Of a stretch of DNA of 64,000 nucleotides, positions 14,275 through 28,716 are shown piece after piece. Below the pieces are notes generated by a model. The model saw nothing but the letters and a program-made list of their open reading frames with translations. It was not told the DNA's origin and searched no databases. The translations under genes and the position numbers were made by a program. Within the stretch, counting starts at the first letter, position 1. Each line of letters starts with the position of its first letter. Origin of the DNA: Octopus vulgaris. Lineage: Eukaryota. The stretch lies in the NCBI GenBank assembly GCA_951406725.2, contig OX597826.1, positions 71,672,001 through 71,736,000 on the forward strand. Direction: 5' to 3'.

Positions 14275-14555
14275 TATTAGGGAGTAAATCCAAACTTACA
14301 GGGAAAAATTAGATTTAGGATTAAATCTAATTTTATAGTATAAATATATATTATATTATATTAAATTAGAGATAAAACCACTATTAGGCAAATCAAACAG
14401 TGAAAATTTTAAGCCAATACATAGAAATAAAATTAATTAAAAAATATAAAATTGGATTTTTATATTTTATATCTTTTTATTAATTTTATTTCTATTTTAT
14501 TTGATTTGCCTAATAGTGGTTTTATCTCTAATTTAATATAATATATATATATATA
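14275..14555. mobile_element. Penelope-like fragment with internal inversion
   Basis: Arms 14346-14397 and about 14500-14550 are reverse complements. The ccaaacttacagggaaaa end recurs inverted at about 27410-27445. Confidence 0.5.
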
Positions 14556-15096
14556 TAATATAGAATACACACAAACACACATTTGAAATGTAATTTAAAG
14601 TAAGGTATACTTTTTAATATTTTGATAAACACAGTTTTAGCCTCTCTCTCTAAAGCATTTAAAATGTGGTTACTCTGCAGACTTTAGTCCCCTGTGGGAA
14701 GAAAAATGGGATCAACCAGATCAGTTTCTAATTATTACTTTTCTTTATTTATTTATTTTATTATTATTATTTTTGTTATTTATTTTTTTTTTGCTTTCAT
14801 CAAGTAAAGAAAACTTACCTTCTGTCTGAGGAGAAATAAAGTAGCTTATAGCTCTTTATAGTGCACACACATTTGGTCTCAGCTAAATTGGTTAGTCTAA
14901 TTTGCATAGCAGGGTTTTTGCATTCATTCTCTTTTGAAGTGTTAATAACACTACAAACGTACTTACACTCACACACACACAGAGCAGTCTTGGTACAGTT
15001 TCTCTCAACCAAACATACTCCTAAGGCATTGGTCAGCCTGAGGTTACAATACAAAAACATCTGCCCAAAGTGCCACAATCAAGGGTTGAACCTTAA

Positions 15097-15316
15097 CCCT
15101 TTCATTACTGTATTTATTTTGAGATGCTCTGTGTTTCTTTCAATTATTTAAAATATAACAAAGAATTTAATAAAATAACTTAGTTATCATTAAGCTAGTG
15201 TTAGGAACGTAAATTGTGACTAAGGTTTGGTGAAAGATTTTCATTCAAAACTTATGAAGACAAGACATTTGTACTCAGAGCCAGAGCCAGTTTCAGCCGG
15301 GTTGGTAACGAAAGGG
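15097..15316. mobile_element. piggyBac-like MITE family 1
   Basis: TTAA on both sides and TIR ccctttc.ttac / gtaacgaaaggg. It interrupts a SINE A copy. Confidence 0.85.
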
Positions 15317-17346
15317 TTAAACCACATGGCTGAGAATCAAACTTCTTTATCACACAATTATACTTGTGTCTATCATATATATCATCGTTATCGTCATCAT
15401 CATCATTTAACGTCTCTATTCCATGCATGCACAGGTAGGATGGTTGACAGGAGCTGGCCAGGTAGAAGACTACCCCCAGTCTATTGCATCTGTTTTGGTG
15501 GGGATTTTATGGCTGGATGTGTGTGTTGTCCATAAATCAGAAAGAAGTACATTTAACAATATAGCTAATATATTTTTATTTTTATATATAATTGAGTAGT
15601 AAAATACTGGTTATGTTACATAACTGGTCAGAATGTTACTATTAGTTTCATGCTTATTATTGCACTTGGTTCATTACTGACAGCTCTTAAGGGAAAATGG
15701 ACCTTGTCAGGATTTGAACTCAGAACATAGAGAGTCAGGACAAACACCACAAGGCATTTTGTGTTACAATCTAATGATTCTGCCATTCTAACACCCTTAA
15801 ATTCTATATTTATAGCGTTTTCATTATTTTAATCTGCTTTTCCATGATTGTATAGGCCAGACAAAACTTTATTGAGGCAGGTTTCTTCGGGTGGGATGCT
15901 CTTTCTGTTGCCAATCTTCAATTATTTTCAATGGACATAACATTTCTCCTAGTCAGTGAACAGTGTGATGGCAAGACACAACTTGACAGAGGAATGCAAA
16001 CAAACACTATTTGTATGATGGGGAATTTTGCTCACAATAAGCACACTCATATCAAGGGGAAGTGCACGCGCACACACACAAACAAACAATGGGTGTTTTT
16101 CAGCTACCATCTACTAAATTTCACTCACAAGGCATAAAGGTTCTTAGTATATTGAAATATTACTTTTAGTTGGAGAAGGAAAGCTAATACTGAACAGCAA
16201 ATGTTAGTGTCTCTAAAGAGGGGAGATAATTTGAAAAATAAATTAAGAATGAATTTCACAAAATATTGAATTTTCATGCTCATGAGGGAAAAAAATTTGG
16301 TTTTTCTTAGCATGCATATTTCTGTCTTATTAGACTTCATTAGCAAAGCAGAGTCTTCACAAACCTGTTTTAGCCAGTGGAGAAAGGAAAAGATTCATAA
16401 AGATTGTTAACCTGTATAATTTGCATGAATTACAAAAAGTTGGCTAAAGAAAATTATCTCAAAAAAGGTCAATGACATATAAAAAAAAAGTCAACATTTT
16501 TTGTTAAAAATAAAAAAAAAACTTTGTTGGACACTATACAAGTCGTGAACTGATTAACAATGTTGCATGCTATCATCATCATCATCATCATTGTTGCCTC
16601 TACAAAACAATAATTACACAGTGGAACAAGAAAAATGTAAAAACAGTGCCAGCAGCAACTATACCAGTGAATGATGTCAACAACCTGTTGTGGTAGATAA
16701 ACATCATCACCGCAACAAATATCACCACCACCACCACCACCACCACCATCACCGTCATCATCATTATCATCATATAACTCAAGTAAATAATTCAACTAGT
16801 CAAGTCAACGATCTGGTTTCAATTATCAGTAACAAACTACTTCACTCACTAGCTGCCCTTTGGAAAAGCCATGAAGGTCACCACATTTCCACCGCTAAAA
16901 ATAAAATTTAATTAAAAAAAGAACACAAAAGTAAATTTAAAAAAACAAAAAACTTCAATTTTCAGGTTCACTTCTGTATTTAATGGAGTGATAAAAACAT
17001 ACTGAGAATATCGATGCAATTAGCAATAACACACTTCCCCACCTCATGTGGTCCAGAAACCATCACCATCGTCATCATCATCATCATCATCATAATCATC
17101 AACACCACCATCATAGACTGGAAGAAACAGTTGAATTCTGATGATAAACTTTGCAATATTTAGTTACATACCTTGACGATCTAAGTTCAATTCTTGTTAG
17201 AATCCATAAAATAGGAAGCAGTTGCTGTTTAGCCACAGGTCATCTATACTTGAAGGCATCCTAGCTGTGACCATGCAATCATGTATTGCCAGAGTACTTT
17301 ATCCAATATGTATTTTTTTCCCCTGATGGTTGAGCCAAACAACCTC

Positions 17347-17880
17347 ATAGTGTGTGAATGACCTGGTACTTACATACATGCCACTGAGCTGATAGTGTGT
17401 GAATGACCTGCTACTCACATACAGCTGAGCTGACAGTATGTGAATGACCTGGTGCTTAACATACAACTGAAGCTCCTAGTGTGTGAATGACCTGGTGCTT
17501 ACATGACACTGGTCTCATACAGTATGGTCAGGTACATATAAACCTTTGAACGTATGGTGTGGTTTGATAACAATATAAAAAAAGGCCCACACTGCAAGGC
17601 CAGGCTTCCCTAATATCACTGAGCCCAGTTCTTGGCTCAGTGCCTACATACAACTGAACATATAGTATGTAACTTGGTACCTGTACATTCCTAAGCCTAT
17701 ACTATATCAGCAGGAGTCTATAACTGAGCTGTTTTTTGCTTAGAGCCTATACACATCAGACCCCATAGTATTTTTGCCTGGTGCCTATTACATGACTGAA
17801 CCCACAGTGTGTCCTAGTGCCTATGCATCCTTGTGACTATAGTGAATTGGGTCCCTACATAGCTATGAAATTATAGTGTA
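17347..17880. repeat. Degenerate minisatellite, 41-45 bp unit (tagtgtgtgaatgacctggtacttacatacactgagctga)
   Basis: Four well-conserved units (17348, 17393, 17434, 17477) followed by decaying units. Confidence 0.8.
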
Positions 17881-18248
17881 TCACATAGGCTTAAAATGAA
17901 AGATTTTATTAATATCATCATCATCAATATGCACTGTAACATCAAACTCTGTGTTTTTGTAATCTCCCATCATTTCGAGGGACTCTGGCAAATAAGACAT
18001 TGGAGGAAACAGAGGCATACGAAGTAAAAGCAGTGGAAAATTTAGTTATTCTTTTTAAAATACAAGTTCAAATCCTGTCCAGTACTGAAGAGGACTTTTC
18101 TCCTCTTTCATCATCATCACCATTTAATGTCCATTTTCCATGCAGTCTGACTGGAGCTAGCAAGCCAGAGGGCTGCACCAGGTTCCAGTCATCTATTTTG
18201 GCATGGTTTCTACAGCTCGATGCTCTTCCTAACACCAAATAGTTTATA

Positions 18249-18747
18249 CCGTAAATCCTCGAGTATAATCCGCATTTATTCCCCAAAATTTAAAGGTCAA
18301 AATCCCTAGTGCATACTATATACGAGGTTAAAAATGAAAATTATTTTCTAAGTAATGTCCGAGTCTCTATTTGCTGTCCGGCAATGTTTATTCAGATGCA
18401 TTTTGTGATGTCGGGCGTGAAAATACCTTAAGCTAAGCCCGAATGCAATGAAGTCATAAAAGAATCATCCATAACTTGCAGTAAGCAACATTTATTAAAC
18501 GTTATTACTGTTATTTCTTTATTTTCTGCAAACAAAATGCACAAAAAAGCTACACATTTGCATTATTGTATATATATATACAATAATAATAAAGGATGTT
18601 ACCGTATACATTTTTACAAACCAAGGACGTTATATAGACCTCCTTGACTCAAGTTAGAGGGGTACCAATTAGGTTTTCAGAGGTTTAGGTTTTTCAGAGG
18701 TACAGCCCCCTAAAAATTCCCTGCGTATTATACTCAAGGATTTACAG
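18249..18747. mobile_element. Tc2/pogo-like MITE
   Basis: TA target duplication and TIR ccgtaaatcctcgagtataa / ttatactcaaggatttacag. Inserted in a family C copy. Second copy inverted at 40660. Confidence 0.88.
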
Positions 18748-19029
18748 TAGTTTATGTGACTCCAGCATGGGTGCTTTTTATATGGCACCGGCACATGTAC
18801 TTCTTTACATGGAAATGTATATAAATGTGTGTGTGTATGCAATTACAGTCAAGGAAAGTAAAAAGAAGAACAATTCATTAAGTTAAGTAGCAGTCAAAAC
18901 TATTGTTCAATGTGCCTCGTGTGACAACATTCACCAAAAATTCTCACATTTTTTTATATTCTTTTTGTATTCCAGTTAAACTTTCTTTTTCAGGTGATTT
19001 CATTTGAATAATAACACCTTATATATGTT

Positions 19030-19116
<87 letters not shown>

Positions 19117-19292
19117 CGTAACATAAAATGCAAGTTTCTTCATGAGAATAAAGACTAGAATTTGGTACATGGGTGTTACGTTTTCTCCTATTTACTATTA
19201 TTCGGGAAAACCACAACAATATAATAAGCATTTAAATTTATATATGGTGCCCCAGCATGACCACAGCCATGAGCTGAAACTAGATAAAATAA

Positions 19293-19332
<40 letters not shown>

Positions 19333-19336
19333 CCTT

Positions 19337-19589
19337 ACTGGCACCTGTGAGGTGGCATGTGTAAAAGATTCAAGCGAGGTCGTTGCCAGAACCACCTGAC
19401 TGGCCCTATGCCGGTGGCACGTAAAAGCACCCACTACACTCTCGGAGTGGTTTGCGTTAGGAAGGGCATCCAGCTGTAGAAACTCTGCCTGATCAAGATT
19501 GAAGCCTGGTGCAGCCATCTGGTTCGCCAGCCCTCAGCCAAATCGGCCAACCCATGCTAGCATGGAAAGCGGACGTTAAACAATGATGA

Positions 19590-19590
<1 letters not shown>
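19337..19590 (+). mobile_element. Family C retroposon
   Basis: Matches the copies at 8057 and 20430. Confidence 0.85.
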
Positions 19591-19626
<36 letters not shown>

Positions 19627-19807
19627 AACTGCAAAACCATGCCAAATCAGGCTAGAGTCTGGAGCAACCTTCAAGCTTGCCAGCCTTAGTCAACCGTCCA
19701 ACCCATTCCAGCATGGACAATGGACATTAAATGATGATGATGATGATGCACATACACACACACATATATATATATATATACACACATATATACATATATA
19801 TATATAT

Positions 19808-19852
<45 letters not shown>

Positions 19853-20429
19853 TATTAATTCATTTTACATATAATGTCATATTTATGAGAAATATATATT
19901 GAATCGTTGTACATTGTCTACTGGTGCACCAGCTGTGCAACATTAATAATATATAATATACATGTTGTGCAACATATGTCATCACCATGGCATGCTAACA
20001 CACACACACGATCATCATCATTTAATATCTGTTTTCCATGCTGGCAACCCAGACGGCTGCACCAGGTTCCAGTTGTCTTGTGCTTTGTATGGTTTCTATA
20101 GGTGGATGTCCTTCTTAATGACAACCACTTTATGGAGTACATGGAGTGCTTTTTAAGTGGCATCATGTGAAAAGCATCCATGCTGGTGCCACATGAAATA
20201 TATAAATGATGTATATAGGCACGTATAAGGTGGGTGGAGGTATGGTCGTATGGCTAAAACGTTCAATTCCCAGTCATGAGCTTTCAGCTTCAGTCTCACT
20301 GTGTGGAATCTTCAACAACTGTTTTTGTCTTCTACTACAGCCCTAGTCTAGCCCAAGCCTTGTGCTTTGTGAGAGGATTTGGTAGACGAAAACTGTAAGG
20401 CCTTCATACATGTATATATAGAGATATAA

Positions 20430-20730
20430 AAGCATTTGAGCGAGGTCATTGCCAGTGCCACTGGACTGGCTCCTGTGCAGGTGGCACGTAAAAAAAACAC
20501 CATTTGAGCGTGGCCGTTGCCAGTACCGCCCGACTGGCCTTCATGTTGGTGGCACATAAAAGCACCCACAACACTCTTGGAGTGGTTGGTGTTAGGAATG
20601 GCATCCAGCTGTAGAAACTCTGCCCGATCAAGATTGAAGCCTGGTGCAGCCATCTGGTTTGGCAGCCCTCAGTCAAAATCGTCCAACCCATGCTAGCATG
20701 GAAAGCAGATGTTAAACGATGATGATGATG
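20430..20730 (+). mobile_element. Family C retroposon nested in a SINE A remnant
   Basis: Shared body and (GAT)n tail. Confidence 0.85.
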
Positions 20731-20993
20731 ACGATATATATATATACACGCACGCACATATGACATTTATATATATTTTACACACACATGCATGTGTGTT
20801 TGAGCCTTCTTTAGATATAGTGTGATAGTTATAAAGAATCATCACTGTCATGCAAGTAGAGTCCCCTGCATCAAGTATTTTGTGAAAGCATGTCCAGCCA
20901 TGAGGAAATATTACTTGTGTGGAATCAAGTGAAGGTTAGCAACAGGAAAGGCATCCAACCATAGAAAATAAAGAGTTCTATCTGACCCGTGCG

Positions 20994-21025
<32 letters not shown>

Positions 21026-21027
<2 letters not shown>

Positions 21028-21210
21028 AGGGGATGTTGAAAAGGAGGCCCAACCATCCAAGTTCTTTTACAGGGCTTAGAAAAACTGAAGGACTGCTACA
21101 ATAAGTGTGAGAACCTGAGAGGGGAATATGTTGAATAAAATCAATCATAATTCACTGATCCTCTTGTATTTTCTTTTACCTAAAACCAGGAACTTTTCAG
21201 CACCCCCTCA
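21026..21210. mobile_element. mariner-derived MITE
   Basis: ta|caaggggatgttgaaaag ... cttttcagcaccccctca|ta inverted ends. Confidence 0.7.
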
Positions 21211-21979
21211 TACATAGATATACAAATACATACCTATATATAGTTTATAAGAGATGCAAATTTCAAAGCCTGCAGGCATGGCTGTAAGATTTTCCTAACT
21301 TTTGTATACACACACGTGATAAATTGGAAACCCATGTTGATGAAGCAAGAAAGCAGATATTTGTGGCCCAATAAATTACATTCAAACCATGGTAATATTC
21401 TCATAAAATTATTGTTACAAACACACTATTTATACTGTTTGCAACAAAAGTGTGGGGGTTTTTTTTTTACTTTCTAAAAATCAATTTGCATTTCAACAGA
21501 GCACAATAAGAAAAAATGCAATATTCTTCTTATATTATTCATTTGCATAAGTCATTCGTGTGTGCCAGGCTGGCACCCCATCTTGAAGGGTTTAGTTTTG
21601 AAGAAATTGACCCTAATGCTTTTTTAAAAGTTACTTATTGTTTTTTTTTTTTTTTTTTTTTGCTGAACCATTAAGTTATCAGGACAAAAATAAACCAACA
21701 CTGGTTGTCAAGCAATGGTAGGGGACAAACACAAAGACAGACATACACACATATACACACACATGTATGTATATGTGTGGATACATATGTGTGTATGCGT
21801 GCATGTGTGTCTGTGTATATATAGAAATAGGGGGAGATATACATTTATCCAATGGGCTTTTTTTAATTTCAGTCTACCAAATTCACTCACAAAGCTTTGG
21901 TCAGTCTGAAGACATTTTCCCAAAATGACCCACAGTGGGATTGAACTCAAGACCCCATCGTTAGGAAGCAAGTTTCTTA

Positions 21980-22210
21980 GTTCTTTATTGCCCACAAGGG
22001 GCTAAACATAAAGGCGACAAACAAGGACAGACAAAGAGATTAAGTCGATTACATCGACCCCAATGCATAACTGGTACTTAATTTATTGACCCCAAAAGGA
22101 TGAAAGGCAAAGTCGACCTCGGCAGAATTTGAACTCAGAACGTAACGGCAGACGAAATACCGCTAAGCATTTTACCCAGTGTCCTAACGTTTCTGCCAAC
22201 TTGCTGCCAT
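21980..22210 (-). mobile_element. SINE family B nested in a SINE A copy
   Basis: Flanked by a repeated aagcaagtttctta (21966 and 22216), consistent with a target-site duplication. Confidence 0.85.
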
Positions 22211-22859
22211 TTCTTAAGCAAGTTTCTTAAACACACCTTTATTTTAGATATATCTCATTCAACATAGTCGCAGATGTAACTGTGTAGGTAAGAATGTTGC
22301 TTTGAAAACCCATGGTTTTTAAGCTCATTTTTACCCAACAACATACTGGAAAAGACATTTAAGTAACATATTAAGCCTTAAACATTTTAACTGATCATTT
22401 CCAGCTTAAATATTCTACCTGTTTTATGTTGTTCAAATCAGCCCAAACTGGCTTCTCATATCCACCTTACAATGTCATTCTCAAAATAAACAATCACATC
22501 ACTGAATTCTCTTAGCTTGGAGACAATAACATGATTAATTCAAAACAACGTGAATAAGTAAGCATTACATTTCACAGGGTGATCTGAATGCTGAAGAGTT
22601 AAGATAAAATTGCTGAAAATAAGACATTTCGTGCAAAATCACACGAAAGTGAAAGTTGTAAATTTTCCCAAAAGTAGGTACTTTCCAGGTTACATGATTG
22701 TATCCTACAAAGTGAAACTACTTTGTAACACGAAAGTAATGCAGTTGATAGGAAATACCGGCTAGATACTGTATATATAAAAAAAAAATTCCAGTGTGAT
22801 GTAATTGAAGTTGGAGCTAGCAAATACTTTAATTAAATTCTTATCTACGTCAATAAAGG

Positions 22860-23550
22860 AAGTAAGACCGTTATCATCTACTCAGGTGTTTCAAATGTTA
22901 ATAGATGAGAGTTTAGAATGACTAACAGCATAAACTCAAGACCCAATTACATTTCTGCCAAATTATGGCCTCCTTCGTGGCATTTGATAAAGTGAAGACC
23001 TGTATTGTACAGATTGATACTGGCTAGAGTGAAAACCCACAGATGCTGATGATCTAGTTTCTATAACTTAATCATGATTAACAGATTTAGAGAAGAAATT
23101 CCAGACAAGCAAGAAAAACCTGGAGTCGAGTAGCCTCAAAGTAAAGTTAGTAAAGATTAAAAGTATTTATAAGTAGCAGAGAAGATAGGACACCGTTATC
23201 ATCAGGGAACTAGCCTTGATCAAAATACAGAAAAGGTGTAGCTAGGAATTCCATTCCATATGACTCATTCATGCACAAGAGCTACAATGGGACCAGAGGC
23301 AAGCTAACAGAGAAGGTAGTCTTCATAGGCAGAAAGTGCTTAGGGGCAGCAAGCACTGAAGGCTCTGAAGATTCATAGTTTTTAACTACTTAAGCAATCT
23401 AATTAGCAGTCAGGCCAGGTGTTCTGTAGGCATTACATTCAACAGAGTAGCAGCTTGAGTAAGAATAAGGTGGAAATGAATTTAAAGAGCAATTAACTCT
23501 GCTGGTAATAAAATATCTCTCTCACAGATCGAAAAGCAGATTGTATGAGG
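22860..23550 (+). pseudogene. Heavily decayed LINE reverse transcriptase fragment
   Basis: gctgatgatctagtt (ADDLV, a YADD remnant) followed by an LKV...KIK-like segment, with many stops. A possible continuation lies near 24540-24750. Confidence 0.55.
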
Positions 23551-23554
23551 CATA

Positions 23555-23960
23555 TACTCTCTTTTACTCTTTTACTTGTTTCAGTCATTTGACCGCGGCC
23601 ATGCTGGAGCACCGCCTTTAATCGAGCAACTCGATCCCGGGACTTATTCTTTGTAAGCCCAGTACTTATTCTTTCGGTCTCTTTTTTGCCGAAACGCTAA
23701 GTGACGGGGATGCAAACACACCAACATCAGTTGTCAAGCAATGCTAGGGGGACAAACACAGACACACAAACACATACACATATATATATATATATATACA
23801 TATATATACGACAAGCTTCTTTCAGTTTCCGTCTACCAAATCCACTCACAAGGCATTGGTCGGCCCGGGGCTATAATAGAAGACACTTGCCCAAGATGCC
23901 ACGCAGTGGGACTGAACCCGGAACCATGTGGTTGGTTAGCAAGCTACTTACCACACGGCC
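23555..23960 (-). mobile_element. SINE family A
   Basis: Near-identical to the copies at 13681 and 55309. Confidence 0.9.
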
Positions 23961-24280
23961 AGTGTGATGCATGGTGGAGAAATATGGGCCTCAAATGCAA
24001 AATGATTTGCATAGATTAGAAAGATTTTACGTAATAAAGCTTGAGAGGTTAATTTGTTTGTGTATATGAATAAAGTATTAACCCATAACATTCAGATTTC
24101 TCTGTCAAATGTAATAGTTATTTTATTCTCAATGATAAGAATTAGTCATGCATTACCTTATAGCTTTGAGATTTCAATGATTACATTATTATTCTATTGT
24201 AGGGTAAGTATGAGAGGCTGGATCAGGCTAATTTGAAGGTCAAAAAGGTAGAATATTTTGGCTAGATATGACCAGTTTAA

Positions 24281-24501
24281 CCCTTTCGTTACTGTATTTA
24301 TTTTGAGATGTTCTGTGTTTCTTTCAGTTATGTTAAATATAACAAAGAATTTAGTAAAATAACTTAGTTATCATTAAGCTAGAGTTAGGGACATAAATTG
24401 TGACTAAGGTTTGGTGGAAGGTTTTAATTCAGAACTTTTGAAAACCAGACATTTGTACAAAAGAGCCAGAGCCGGTTTCAGCCGGGTTGGTAACGAAAGG
24501 G
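24281..24501. mobile_element. piggyBac-like MITE family 1 nested in a family 2 MITE (24078-24520)
   Basis: TTAA at 24277-24280 and 24502-24505. TIR ccctttcgttac / gtaacgaaaggg. Confidence 0.88.
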
Positions 24502-25094
24502 TTAAATGCTAAAGGGTTAATGAGCAAACTGTTTTAGTATGGGCATGTGAAGTGAATGAAAGATAGAAAGCTGTGTAAAGAAATGGTGTGCATTTAAAGT
24601 GTATGGAAATTGTGAAAGAAACAAATATAGGACAATTGGGACGAAATGGTGAAGTCCAAACTTGAAATGCTGCATCTCAACCAGAAGGTCGACAAAGGAT
24701 TGTGTTCATAGGTAATACATGGAGCTGGAGAAGACCTGATCACAGAAATAACATATGCACACATACTGAATTGATGTTAAAAATGGTAGTACTGAAAAAA
24801 AACTGAGAGGCATAATAAATATCATTATTGTTTCAATGTCCACCTTTCTATGCTTTGATGGATTGGACAGTTTAATTTGGCAAATTTTCTACAGCCCAAA
24901 GCCCTTCCTATCACCAACCCTAACCTATTTCCAAGCAAGGTAATATTTCCTCCTCGTGGCCAGACATGTTTTTGCAGAACATTGGAAATGAATGACCCCC
25001 ACTTATATGACAGTGACACTCGCTCACAACTATCATGCAATGTCAAGACAAGGAGAGACACATACAAACACATGGACCTATGGTGTATGATGAT

Positions 25095-25310
25095 GATCAT
25101 CATCGTTTAACGTCCGCTTTCCATGCTAGCATGGGTTGGACAGTTCAACTGGGGTCTGGGAAGCCAGGAGGCTGCACCAGGCCCAGTCTGATCTGGCAGT
25201 GTTTCTACAGCTGGATGCCCTTCCTAACGCCAACCACTCCGTGAGTGTAGTGGGTGCTTTTTACGTGCCACCGACACAGGTACCAGGCGAGGCTGGCAAC
25301 GGCCACGATT
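25095..25310 (-). mobile_element. Family C retroposon
   Basis: Reverse complement of the 8057-type copy. Confidence 0.85.
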
Positions 25311-26204
25311 AGTTGGTGCCACAAACACGAGTGATGGAATGGCCTGTTGCGTTGAAGTAGGTGGTGATGGGTTGGCCTGGCATACATAATAGCATTGTTT
25401 CACCTATATAATGAGTGACACAAAACGTCGTATGGACAGTCTGCAGGTGTGCACGAAGTGGGTAGGAGAGCTGTGGCACAGACAAAAGCTTTGGCTCACC
25501 AAAGTGCAGGGTCTACAATGAATTGAGGGTAACTTCAATTCAGTAAGAACTGTTGTATTCTTTCACATCAGGATTTGAAATCCAAATTAATGATGCAGGT
25601 GAAAAAATTGAGAGGATGGAATGGTAGATTTAGTGAGTTCTGTGTGAGAAGAATAGTGGACGCAGGTGTGGGTATCAGTGGATTGTAGTGGACAGAGGTA
25701 GACAGGTGACTATTGTTTGAAGTGATGGAGATATCAAGAAACATACAGTCATGTGTGTGTGTCATGAGATGAGCCTCTTTTATTTTCCATCAACCAAATC
25801 CACTCCCAAAGCTTTGTGATTGGGCCAGGGCTACAGTTGAAAACATTTTCCCAAGGTACCACAGAGGATTGAACCTGAAACCATGTGGTTGGGAAGCAAA
25901 CTTCTTACCACAGAGCCACACCTGCACCAGTGTGTGTGTGTGCATGTAAGTGTCTCCTTGCCTAGACACCAGATGATGATAGCAAACATCACCATCACCA
26001 ACATACTAGCAGAGCCGTCCATTTCTAATGTGCTGTGAAAACATGAGTGGACACAGAGAAATGAAACCCTATTTGGAAATGAGTGAGGGTTGGCAACAAG
26101 ATGAGCATCTAGCTGTAGAAACTCTGCCTAAACAAATTCTGTCAGACACAAATAAGCATGGAAAGTGAACATCAAAATAATGATGATTATATATATATAT
26201 ATAT

Positions 26205-26650
26205 AATCATCATCACCATTTAGCAACCATTGTCCATTCTGGCATGGGCTGAATGGTTTGACCAGGGCTGGCAAGCTGGAAGGCTGCACCAGACTCCAGT
26301 CTGATTTGGCATGGCTTCTACAGCTGGATGCCCTTCCTAATGCCAACCACTTCTAGAGTGTTATGGGTGGTTTTACGTGCTACCGACACTGGTGCCATTT
26401 GCGTGACACCAGCATCTGCCACGACATAATGCCAAAGCACGACATAATGCCAAAGGTCTTGGTCATTGCCTCCATGAGGCCCAACACTTGAAAGGAGCTT
26501 TTTACATGCCACCAGCACGAGTACCAGTTACATGACACCAGCATCAACCATGACTATTTCACTTGGCTTGAGGCGGGGTCTTCTCAAGCACAGCATATCA
26601 CCATAGCCTCACTAGTCATGACCTGTGAGGCCCAAAGTTCAAATATCATG
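26205..26650 (-). mobile_element. Family C retroposon, longer copy
   Basis: Shares upstream subrepeats with the copies at 6740 and 52545. Confidence 0.75.
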
Positions 26651-26659
26651 CTTCACCAC

Positions 26660-26695
<36 letters not shown>

Positions 26696-27099
26696 AATAT
26701 ATCATCATCATCGTTTAACTTCTGCCTTCCATGCTGGCATGGTTTCACAAGAGCTGGCCAGCAGACTTCTGTGACTGTTTTGCCCGGATTTTTACAGCTG
26801 GATGCACTTCCTAACACCAACCACTTAGCAGTGTGGACTATATATTGTAATATATATATATATATACACACATATAAAAGACAAGGTATATATATATCAT
26901 TCTGTGTAAAAAACCAGTATAACTGAAGCACAACCACAGATTTACAATACAGAATGATGATGAACTATAACCTCAGACCCTGCCACAATACACAGAGTTC
27001 TTTACTAATTTAAACAGTTTTGTTAGCCTGGTGTACTAACAGAAAGCTTATAAAGTATTTTGTCTGGATTGATAATCACAAATGACTCTGTTGTATATA

Positions 27100-27447
27100 T
27101 ATATATAAGAATTTCTTTGCGTAATAAGATAAAAAATATATATTTTTATATAACATATAACAAGATCTCAAAAAGTATAAAAATGAATGATCAATATATA
27201 AGTATTTTTTACTTATTACTTATTATATATTGATCATTCATTTTTATACTTTTTGAGAACTAGTTATATATTTTATAAAAATATATATTATTCGTTATTT
27301 ATGTATTGGTTTATGTCAATCAATGTTTGAGTTGCATAATAGTGGTTTTTATTTCTAATTTATATTTTATATATTTATATTGTGAAATTTGATTTAATAA
27401 TAAATTGAATTTTTCCCTGTAAGTTTGGAGTTATACTCTCTAATATT

Positions 27448-27460
<13 letters not shown>
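27100..27460. mobile_element. Penelope-like AT-rich fragment with hairpin
   Basis: Inverted arms at about 27135-27205 and 27215-27290. Its end is homologous to the element at 14275. Confidence 0.45.
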
Positions 27461-27479
<19 letters not shown>

Positions 27480-28155
27480 TATATTCAGCATTTAACATTC
27501 ACCAGATCAGATGAAATTTTATTGAGGCAGATTCTCTGCAGCCAGAGATGCCCTTACTGTTGCCAACCTCCATCAGTTTCCAAACAAGGTAACATTTCCC
27601 ATGGCCAGACCTGCTTTCCATGGAATATCGAAAACAAATAAGATCGCTTATATGACAGTGATGCTCGTTTACAATCATTACATAATCTCTAGACAAGGGT
27701 ACACACAAATATAACAGTGTTCTTTCAGTTTACATTTACCAAATCCATTTACAAGGCTTTGGTTAGCTCAGAACCGAGCCTAAATATATATAACGGGAAG
27801 CTTTATGAAAATAAACAAAAGACGAAGGCAGGTGGAAAACAAACGAACAATTTTGTATTATATATGTATACACACACAAGAGTCTGAGAGCATATGTGTG
27901 ATCATGAATGCTCACAACCTATGATTAGCTATAAAAAGTGGTGGTTGACGATATTTTCCCCCCTATAAATCGTCCATTAGCTTTGTGCATTCAAAATTCC
28001 GTTAAAATCAAATATCTTTCACATGAAAAATATTAGAGTTGGCGATAGGAAGAGCATCTGGCTGCAAAATTCCTGCTTTAATTAATTACCTTCTGTCTAA
28101 TCTTTGCTAACATCGGAAAACAAATAAATGAAAAAAAAAATTATACATATGTATG

Positions 28156-28359
<204 letters not shown>

Positions 28360-28453
28360 TTCGGTAAAATTTAGATTCGGTTGAATATGGTACTTAAGTT
28401 AAAGGCACCAGAATTTAGTATAGCATTATCCATATAATCCAAAATGGGGTGAT

Positions 28454-28523
28454 TATAATCAAAATAAGCAACAAGGATATCCAGAGGTACCTCTGGATAT
28501 CCTTGTAGCTTATTTTGATTATA
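28454..28523. repeat. 70-bp near-perfect palindrome centred on GGTACC
   Basis: One mismatch (28470/28507) and no loop. Confidence 0.92.
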
Positions 28524-28684
28524 TATATATGTAATTATATATATATATATGTAAAGACATACTATGTACACATATACAACATGTATACACACATGCATAT
28601 ATATGTACACACACACATATATATATATATATATATTAATACACACTACATACATGTATACACCCACATGCATAGATATGTACA

Positions 28685-28716
<32 letters not shown>

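Noticed and set aside
17347-17560. CRISPR-like repeat/spacer appearance
   Set aside because: The intervening sequences are similar to each other, the context is eukaryotic and there are no cas genes.
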